Assembly (NCBI GenBank): GCA_049599895.1
Contig: JBMYPC010000079.1
Span: 1 to 14,678, forward strand
Length of the DNA stretch: 14,678 nucleotides
Origin: Bacteriovoracaceae bacterium
Lineage (GTDB): Bacteria > Bdellovibrionota > Bacteriovoracia > Bacteriovoracales > Bacteriovoracaceae
Reading direction: 5' to 3'
Each line of letters opens with the position of its first letter. Positions within the stretch are counted from its first letter, which is position 1. The notes beneath the pieces were generated by a model. The model saw nothing but the letters and a program-made list of their open reading frames with translations, was not told the origin of the DNA and searched no databases. Below are positions 8,811 to 14,678 of this stretch, one piece after another. The translations under genes and the position numbers were made by a program.

Positions 8811-10238
8811 ATGTATGTGCGTAAATTTGAAGCGGATACATTAGAGGAAGCGCTTAAAAACATTAAACATGAGCTTGGTCCTGATGCGATTATTTTAAAG
8901 ACCATCACCAACACAGGCTTAAAGGGTGCTTTTAAGAAAAAGAAAATTGAAATTACAGCTGCTATTTCTGAGAAAAATTATACTGACAAAGCAAAGGTTG
9001 ATAACGTGCTTTCAGAAGATCAAAAATCAAAATTTTATAATTCACCTTCAAGTGAAATTTCAAAGCAAATTGATGGTTTTAATAAGCCTGAGACAAAAGG
9101 TGGTTATGGTAACCTCTCTCTTAATAAAACCGTCAAAGTAAAAAATAAAGGTGGATCTTCTCTTGATGATTTTCTTGGTTCTGAAGAGAAAGTTCAAAGC
9201 AAGCCTCTACCAAATGTGATTAAACCAAACACATTTGAAGATGAAATGAGACAAGTATCCCAAGAAGAACTACAGACTCAAGAAACTCCAAGAGAAACTC
9301 CAAGACAAGCTCCGGAACCTCAAGTCCAAGAAGCTCCTAGAGAAGTTCGAAATGATATTTCTCAAGAAATGATCTCTCAATACCAAAGTATTATTAGACA
9401 ACAAGACAATAGAATCTTAGAGCTTGAAAAGAAACTTACTGAATTGGTTTCAAAAGTCGAATCAACAGAAGTTGTGAATAACTCAAGTCTTTTTGAATTA
9501 AGACAAAAGTTTAAGGCCCTTGGTCTGTCTGAGCAGATCATTCAAGGTGTGATTGCAAGAGTTTCTGGTGAACTTGAGCCTGAAGAACTCCATGACTTTG
9601 ATGCGATCTTAGAGGCTTCTCTTAATCATTTACTTAATGACTTTCACACAGCTCTTCCTCTGTACTCAAACAGCGATCGTGTGCCAACGATTACAATGCT
9701 TGTGAGTGAAGCCAACTGTGGTCAATCTTCTATGGCAAGAAAAGTCGCTAATCTTTGTCCTAATAGTTGTCTTGTGATTTACGGAGCTCAGGGACAAAAT
9801 AGTTTTGTTGATCAGATGCTTGATTTAAAAGTTCTCTACGTCACGAATCCATCAGAGATTATTACAATTTGTCGAAAAAATAATGAAGCTGGAATTAATA
9901 CTTTTATTGACTATAAATACACAAAGAAAGATGAAAACTTTAAGAAGTTTGTGAAAGGGTTAAAAAGAAGTTTTGAAAAGGTCGAAACTCTTGCCACGAT
10001 TTCAGCAATTCATGATGAAGCTTATAATAGTAAAGTGCTAAATCTTTTCAGAGATATCGCAGGTGGTGTTGTTGTGAACTTTATTGATCACTGTATGGAC
10101 TACGGATCTCTTCTGAATTTAAATCAGCAATTCATCGAGATGCCTTTTGTCTTTTACGGAAACGGAGACGTGATTCCTGAAGATATCGAGGCAGCAACGG
10201 CTGAGAGAGTATTAGCGGGAATGTTTAGAATTAGATAA
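8811..10238 (+). CDS. flhF: FlhF-family protein with a degenerate SRP-GTPase domain
   Basis: Lies between flhA and flhG. Typical FlhF N-terminus (VRKFEADTLEEALKNIKHELGPDAIIL...IEITAA) and C-terminus (FYGNGDVIPEDIEAA), but no GKT, DTAG or TKxD motifs. Confidence 0.9.
   Translation: MYVRKFEADTLEEALKNIKHELGPDAIILKTITNTGLKGAFKKKKIEITAAISEKNYTDKAKVDNVLSEDQKSKFYNSPSSEISKQIDGFNKPETKGGYGNLSLNKTVKVKNKGGSSLDDFLGSEEKVQSKPLPNVIKPNTFEDEMRQVSQEELQTQETPRETPRQAPEPQVQEAPREVRNDISQEMISQYQSIIRQQDNRILELEKKLTELVSKVESTEVVNNSSLFELRQKFKALGLSEQIIQGVIARVSGELEPEELHDFDAILEASLNHLLNDFHTALPLYSNSDRVPTITMLVSEANCGQSSMARKVANLCPNSCLVIYGAQGQNSFVDQMLDLKVLYVTNPSEIITICRKNNEAGINTFIDYKYTKKDENFKKFVKGLKRSFEKVETLATISAIHDEAYNSKVLNLFRDIAGGVVVNFIDHCMDYGSLLNLNQQFIEMPFVFYGNGDVIPEDIEAATAERVLAGMFRIR
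9282..9305 (+). repeat. 12-bp tandem duplication GAAACTCCAAGA x2 (ETPR-ETPR) in the FlhF linker
   Basis: Two exact copies at 9282-9293 and 9294-9305, with degenerate copies following (QAPE, EAPR). Confidence 0.85.
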
Positions 10239-10255
10239 ACAAAAAAATTAATGAA

Positions 10256-10314
10256 CAAGATCTTTAGGATGAAGGTCTTGAGTTAGTGATATAACAAAAT
10301 AGTGACAGGATGTC
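10256..10314 (+). promoter_or_regulatory. Pair of CsrA/RsmA-type GGA-loop hairpins in the flhG leader
   Basis: CAAGATCTT-TAGGATG-AAGGTCTTG (10256-10280) and GAC-AGGAT-GTC (10304-10314). The second is also the SD of flhG (ATG 10320). Confidence 0.62.
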
Positions 10315-10319
10315 TTTAA

Positions 10320-11207
10320 ATGAATGCTACGCAATGGCTTGCTTCTCACAATCGTTACTCTGAGGAAAACCAAAGAGTTGCACCAATCAGAAATCTCTAT
10401 TCTCAACAGGCAAAAACAATTGCTTTTACTAGTGGTAAAGGCGGTGTTGGTAAAACTACATGTTCTTTAAAATTTGCTGAACAATTGCAAGATGAAGGGT
10501 ACAGAGTCTTACTCATTGATTGTGATTTCAATCTTTCAAACACTGGTGTGAAGCTTAATGTCTTTCACGATAAAACCTTAATCGATGCCGATCTTGAAGG
10601 TGAGGATCTTGAAAGTCTCGTTTACAAAGACTGGACTTGCGATATTATTTTTGCAGGGAACGGTCATTCTAATTTTTATAAAAATGAAGAACAGTCTTTT
10701 ACAAATCTTGTTTTAAAGGCCATTAAACGTTTTGAATCAAATTATGATTATATCATCCTTGATTGTCCTGCTGGATGCTCTAAAGGAATTCTTTCTCTTT
10801 GTGCCTACTGTGATGAGAGAGTGGTTGTCGTGACTCCTGATAAATCATCTCTAACTGATAGTTATTCAATTATCAAACTTCTTAAAACAATTCACGGAAC
10901 GAGTAGAAATTATCTTTTACTTAATAAAGTTCAAGGTCAAAGACAAAAAGAAAAAATTGAAAATTCTCTTATTAACACAGGGAAGAAGTTCTTGGATGTT
11001 GAATTGACTTCAATAGGGGATGTTGAATACCTCAATAAGTCACTCGATATGTTTGATCAAATTGTTTTTAGCCGGAAAAATTTATCAATCGAAAAAAACT
11101 TTCAAAAGATTGTTAAAAGTTTCACCGAAGAGGGAGTTGCTGGCTACGTTAGTTCTCTCATTGATACTAACCTGGCCGCGACAGGAAGTCGAAATTCAAT
11201 TAGCTAA
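10320..11207 (+). CDS. flhG: MinD-like ATPase FlhG/FleN (flagellar number regulator)
   Basis: Deviant Walker A SGKGGVGKTT, LLIDCD, ILDCPAG and VVTPDKSSLTDSY; located between flhF and fliA. Confidence 0.92.
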   Translation: MNATQWLASHNRYSEENQRVAPIRNLYSQQAKTIAFTSGKGGVGKTTCSLKFAEQLQDEGYRVLLIDCDFNLSNTGVKLNVFHDKTLIDADLEGEDLESLVYKDWTCDIIFAGNGHSNFYKNEEQSFTNLVLKAIKRFESNYDYIILDCPAGCSKGILSLCAYCDERVVVVTPDKSSLTDSYSIIKLLKTIHGTSRNYLLLNKVQGQRQKEKIENSLINTGKKFLDVELTSIGDVEYLNKSLDMFDQIVFSRKNLSIEKNFQKIVKSFTEEGVAGYVSSLIDTNLAATGSRNSIS

Positions 11208-11211
11208 GGAG
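11179..11211 (+). promoter_or_regulatory. CsrA-type hairpin plus SD in the fliA translation-initiation region
   Basis: CGAC-AGGAA-GTCG (11179-11191), then AAGGAG SD (11206-11211) 5 nt before ATG 11217. Confidence 0.5.
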
Positions 11212-11216
11212 TGTTC

Positions 11217-11999
11217 ATGTCTTCCCTCTCAAAGAGATTAAAAAACCTAAAAGATTATCGAGAGATTAGCCCTGAAATCAGAGACGAAATAGTCGTGGAA
11301 TATGCTCCGCTTATTCGCTATATCGCTCAGAAAATTGCTTCAAGACTTCCTTCAAATATTGAATTAGACGATTTAATTAGTTGTGGTGTGATTGGACTTA
11401 TGGATGCCATTCAGAAGTTTGATCCTTCAAGAGATAATAAGTTTAAAACCTATGCTGAATTTCGAGTAAGAGGTGCGATTCTCGATGAACTAAGAGCACA
11501 AGACTGGGTTCCACGTTCAGTAAGAGAGAAGGCCAAGCTCGTTGAGAAGACTTACGCAAAGCTCGAGTCTGACCTTGGCCGACCAGCTACTGACGAAGAG
11601 ATGTGCGAGGTCTTGGAATGTACTCAAGATGAATTTCACGACCTCTTGAATAAAGCAAAATCAGTATCAATTCTCAATATTGATGATTCAACAACATTTA
11701 ACCGTGGTGATAAGAAACTTATGGCCGGGTTAATGGAAGATAATAAAATCACAAACCCGTATACAGCAGTCAGTTATAAGAACCTACGTGAGAATATTAA
11801 AAACGGGATTGAAACACTTCCTGAAAAGCAAAGACTTGTTCTTTCACTTTACTACTACGAAGACCTTAATCTGAAAGAGATTGGTCAGGTATTAGAAGTG
11901 ACTGAGTCAAGAGTTTCTCAGCTTCACACTCAAGCTATTGTGAGGCTTAAGTCAAAACTTAAGTATCTCAGTGAGAATAGCGAAGAGCAGGCAGCTTAG
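11217..11999 (+). CDS. fliA: RNA polymerase sigma-28 factor FliA/WhiG
   Basis: DDLISCGVIGLMDA, FKTYAEFRVRGAILDELRAQDWVPRSVR and LNLKEIGQVLEVTESRVSQLH. ATG 11217 is preferred over GTG 11211 because AAGGAG ends at 11211. Confidence 0.97.
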   Translation: MSSLSKRLKNLKDYREISPEIRDEIVVEYAPLIRYIAQKIASRLPSNIELDDLISCGVIGLMDAIQKFDPSRDNKFKTYAEFRVRGAILDELRAQDWVPRSVREKAKLVEKTYAKLESDLGRPATDEEMCEVLECTQDEFHDLLNKAKSVSILNIDDSTTFNRGDKKLMAGLMEDNKITNPYTAVSYKNLRENIKNGIETLPEKQRLVLSLYYYEDLNLKEIGQVLEVTESRVSQLHTQAIVRLKSKLKYLSENSEEQAA

Positions 12000-12037
12000 A
12001 ATACAGTTATCTTATCATTTTAGTTTGGTAATGCTCA

Positions 12038-12200
12038 ACCGTGCGCTAACGCTTACTCCGGTGTGCAAAAAAAGTTGCCATGGGGCAAGTTTTTGTGAAC
12101 CCAGCGGAAGTCAAAATTCCGCTTGATGCTTCAAAGCGTACCACTGGTACACTTTGCCGCAAACCGGTCTGCGACGCCTGAAATCTTACGATTTCAGTTT
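12038..12200 (-). other. Multi-hairpin structured intergenic element (candidate sRNA or REP-like repeat)
   Basis: Six adjacent inverted repeats (12038-62, 12069-94, 12103-23, 12132-56, 12158-73, 12178-97). Visibly more GC-rich than the flanks. Two A-C mismatches on + become G-U pairs on -, and one loop is GUAA (GNRA) on -. Confidence 0.6.
12067..12094. terminator. Possible bidirectional intrinsic terminator
   Basis: A7-G-TTGCC-ATGG-GGCAA-G-T5: a GC stem followed by T5 on + (downstream of fliA) and by U7 on -. Confidence 0.5.
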
Positions 12201-12266
12201 CCATATGATCCATTATTAGAGATAATCAAGCCCGTTGTTTGTACACTTTAGCGGGCGAAATTAACC

Positions 12267-14567
12267 ATGGATCGGTACCGAAATAGAACTTTCTTTATTT
12301 TCTCACTCTCATTTTTTGCTTTTACTGCTAGTTTTGGAATTTATCTCTATTACAAAGTGCAGTCACAACAAAGTTTCAGTGTTGATAGCTATATTGAAAC
12401 TGTGAATTACTCAGCCTCACTTGATAATGTTAAAAAAATTGTTTCATCAGATTTTAATACCAATCAAATTCACAGATCTCGAGAGTTCTTTTCCAAATTT
12501 TCAAAAGTTGAAAAATCAGTAAAATCAATCAACTCGGCATTAGATATTGAAAGTGAGAATCTTGATAAGGCCTTTAAGGGAATTAAAAAAAACTTTAACT
12601 CTCTGGTTTCAAAACCACTTTTTAATGACCTTCTCACTGTTTTTAAAAGACGAACACAGAGTTTTCTTGCTTTTGCTCGTGAGAATAAGTGGCCAACACT
12701 TACGAGGATTTCAAAAAGAATCATCGCTCGCTTTGATTCATTGATGGTTAAGAATAAAGAGCGCTTTCAAGCTCAATCAAGTGCTCAGACGGTTAAACTA
12801 ATCCGCGATGATATTAACCAACTCGATAAGATTACAAAAAACTCAAGGCTCACCAATGAAAACAAAGAAATGGTGATTAAGCGCCTAGGACCTATCAAAG
12901 AGGAACTTAATAATATCTCTTTAACCCTTTCAGCGTTTAAAGTTTTTGAAAACAATCTCTTCGCCTATAAAAACCAAGTCAAAAAGTGGATCCATGAAGT
13001 CGCACCACTTATTGAAGAGAAGAAGATGGCCTTTTCACAAGGGGCAAAAAACTACTCGAAATATATTGTCGTTCTTATTGTGAGTTCAATTCTCTTTTTA
13101 ATTGGTGGAATTTTCATTTTTCGAAAAGAGAATCTTGTTCAAGGTGGAAAGATTAAAGATCATCTTCTTGAAGTGATTAAAAATGACATCTTAACAGACA
13201 AGGAGAGAACTCTTTCTGAAGAAGATAATGAAATCACTGATGAAGGTTACGATTATAAAATTGAGCAGTTGAGAAGCTATTATCAAAAACGAATGAAGCT
13301 AGGAAAAATCCTTCATTCAACTTGTCCATTTCCCGTTTTCATCCTTGATCGTGACCTTAAAATTTCTTGGTCGAGTGAGCAGTTTAGAAAACTCTTTTCA
13401 TTGAGTGATGATTTTGAAGTGACTTGGGATTCATTTAGAAGAAATACGAACTTGGGAGAAAATGATCCGATTGATGCTGCTATCAGAAGTGATGTTGGTG
13501 GAATCTATCAGATTCAACTTCGTACAGTTAGCTCTGAAAATCCACTTCCATTTGAAATCTATGTGACTCCTGCAAAAGAGTTTAATAAGAAACAAGTCGT
13601 TGTTTGGCTCTATCCTCTTCAGTCAATGGAAGAGACTTTAAGTGACCAGCTTAAGTCGACGATCGGTCCTGTCTCGAGAATGCTAACGGCCTTAACTCTA
13701 GAGACGTATAATCCCGAATTTGCTTCAGAACTTAGAAATGATTTCGAAGTGGCGGGAATCACCAATGTTCTTGATAAATTTGATGATTACCTCGAGTTGG
13801 TTGCAACGAGAAATCGAGATGCCCAAAATAAAATTCACGGTCTTGAAGAAGAACTCATACAAAAGAAACAAATTATTTATGAATCGAGAGAGACATTAAA
13901 CAACCTCTCTTCTGAAAGCTCTGAACAAGACTTCCTTCTAGGTGAGCTAAAAACAAAATTTATTAATCTTATAAATTATTGTGAAAAACTTGAAGATACA
14001 GAAGTCAGTATTGTTCAATCCGTATCAAAATATAGAAGCTATCTTGAAAAAACTCTCGATCAAAGTTCTCTTCAAAAAGAATTTATCTGGAATGTTCAAA
14101 AGCTAAGTACGAACTTTGAAGAACTTCGTACAAAAGTGAGAAGCCTTAAAGATCAAACCATGCTTATGAAAAAGAGAAATCTAAGTGAGCAAGAGTTAAT
14201 GGGGCAGCTTGAAAACGTTTTAGTTGAACAGAAGGCCTTACAAAAACACTGTGATCTTTCTGTTTCCAAATTAGAGCTTTATCTTTCGAATCTTCCTAAG
14301 ACTGATGATAAGAAATTTAGGCATCTCACGATGGAATGTGCTGATGGGATCTCTGGAAGAGATCGGGATTTTCGTCAGGTTGCAGGTGAACTTTTTAGAA
14401 CAGCCGATGAAGTTGTCGACACATTAAAATCTATTTCTTTAAGTCTTCATAAGAATTCTCATGAAACGAATGAGTTTTTAAGCACTCTCTCTTCAGTTGA
14501 AGAGATTGTCGTTCCAGAAGTGTTACTCACTGAAAAGAGAACTGTTGAACAAAATAAAACTATCTAA
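12267..14567 (+). CDS. Hypothetical two-TM protein with extracytoplasmic helical domain, PAS-like domain, HAMP-like segment and long coiled coil (chemoreceptor-like)
   Basis: 766-aa ORF. TM1 at about 12291-12353, TM2 at 13062-13121. PAS-like PFPVFILDRDLKISWSSEQFRKLF, HAMP-like IGPVSRMLTAL...ITNVLDKFDDYL, and a heptad-rich C-terminus. The ORF is secure; the domain calls are by eye. Confidence 0.7.
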   Translation: MDRYRNRTFFIFSLSFFAFTASFGIYLYYKVQSQQSFSVDSYIETVNYSASLDNVKKIVSSDFNTNQIHRSREFFSKFSKVEKSVKSINSALDIESENLDKAFKGIKKNFNSLVSKPLFNDLLTVFKRRTQSFLAFARENKWPTLTRISKRIIARFDSLMVKNKERFQAQSSAQTVKLIRDDINQLDKITKNSRLTNENKEMVIKRLGPIKEELNNISLTLSAFKVFENNLFAYKNQVKKWIHEVAPLIEEKKMAFSQGAKNYSKYIVVLIVSSILFLIGGIFIFRKENLVQGGKIKDHLLEVIKNDILTDKERTLSEEDNEITDEGYDYKIEQLRSYYQKRMKLGKILHSTCPFPVFILDRDLKISWSSEQFRKLFSLSDDFEVTWDSFRRNTNLGENDPIDAAIRSDVGGIYQIQLRTVSSENPLPFEIYVTPAKEFNKKQVVVWLYPLQSMEETLSDQLKSTIGPVSRMLTALTLETYNPEFASELRNDFEVAGITNVLDKFDDYLELVATRNRDAQNKIHGLEEELIQKKQIIYESRETLNNLSSESSEQDFLLGELKTKFINLINYCEKLEDTEVSIVQSVSKYRSYLEKTLDQSSLQKEFIWNVQKLSTNFEELRTKVRSLKDQTMLMKKRNLSEQELMGQLENVLVEQKALQKHCDLSVSKLELYLSNLPKTDDKKFRHLTMECADGISGRDRDFRQVAGELFRTADEVVDTLKSISLSLHKNSHETNEFLSTLSSVEEIVVPEVLLTEKRTVEQNKTI

Positions 14568-14677
14568 GAGTCGATTAAAATCGACTCTAAGAAAGATGCC
14601 GTTTGCTCAATGAGATAAGTTTTCGAGTCTTCGTCGTTTTCAATGACATAATCGACTCTCGTTCTTTTTTGATCGAT
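14564..14677 (-). CDS. coaE: 3' end of a convergent gene, probably dephospho-CoA kinase (runs in from beyond the window)
   Basis: The minus frame reads IDQKRTRVDYVIENDEDSKTYLIEQTASFLESILIDS*, resembling the CoaE C-terminal K(R/K)xxADxVIxN motif. Not in the ORF track because it is partial. Confidence 0.6.
   Translation of the reverse strand: MDQKRTRVDYVIENDEDSKTYLIEQTASFLESILIDS
14567..14588. terminator. Perfect 10-bp inverted repeat at the convergent gene junction (possible terminator or pause hairpin)
   Basis: AGAGTCGATT-AA-AATCGACTCT; no clear U-tract on either strand. Confidence 0.45.
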
Positions 14678-14678
14678 A

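Noticed and set aside
8811..10238. flhF as a pseudogene
   Set aside because: Full-length uninterrupted ORF with conserved termini and normal codon style; motif loss is specific rather than random decay.
11211..11216. GTG 11211 as the fliA start
   Set aside because: It overlaps the AAGGAG SD; ATG 11217 has proper spacing.
12156..12200. GCAAACC...GACGC resemblance to a c-di-GMP-I (GEMM) riboswitch
   Set aside because: Lacks the GAAA-capped P2 stem, the GCAAAG junction and the P3 receptor stem; the similarity is superficial.
12038..12200. CRISPR array or tRNA interpretation of the hairpin cluster
   Set aside because: No repeated identical units with spacers, no cas genes, and no cloverleaf or TTCGA T-loop.
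12224..12250. Minus-strand sigma-28-like promoter TAAAGTGT-N11-GCTTGATT for the candidate sRNA
   Set aside because: The -35 resembles TAAAGTTT, but the -10 is a poor match to GCCGATAA; not supportable without TSS data.
7668..12744. Alternate-frame ORFs at 7668, 8926, 11020, 12470 and 12547
   Set aside because: Nested in flhA, flhF, flhG/fliA or the 766-aa gene; no motifs, and no sign that the main frames are frameshifted.

Overview
AT-rich bacterial window with almost everything on the + strand. It starts with an HU-family gene and its intrinsic terminator. An 11.3-kb flagellar switch/export/regulation operon follows: fliL-fliM-fliN-fliO-fliP-fliQ-fliR-flhB-flhA-flhF-flhG-fliA. Next come a densely structured ~200-nt intergenic element, a 766-aa two-TM chemoreceptor-like orphan, and the 3' end of a convergent coaE-like gene. 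Gene order, the long signal-peptide-bearing FliO and the base composition suggest a Bdellovibrionota (Bacteriovoracaceae-like) or deltaproteobacterial source; this is inference only. Four observations stand out. (1) FlhF is an intact ORF whose SRP-GTPase motifs G1-G4 have all degenerated, and its partner FlhG lacks the DQAxxLR activator motif, which suggests a GTP-independent flagellar placement/number module. (2) Near-identical CsrA-type GGA hairpins (GACAGGAWGTC) lie in the translation-initiation regions of flhG and fliA. (3) The element after fliA folds better on the minus strand and is a candidate sRNA or REP-like repeat. (4) The downstream protein has chemoreceptor-like architecture but no signalling tip.
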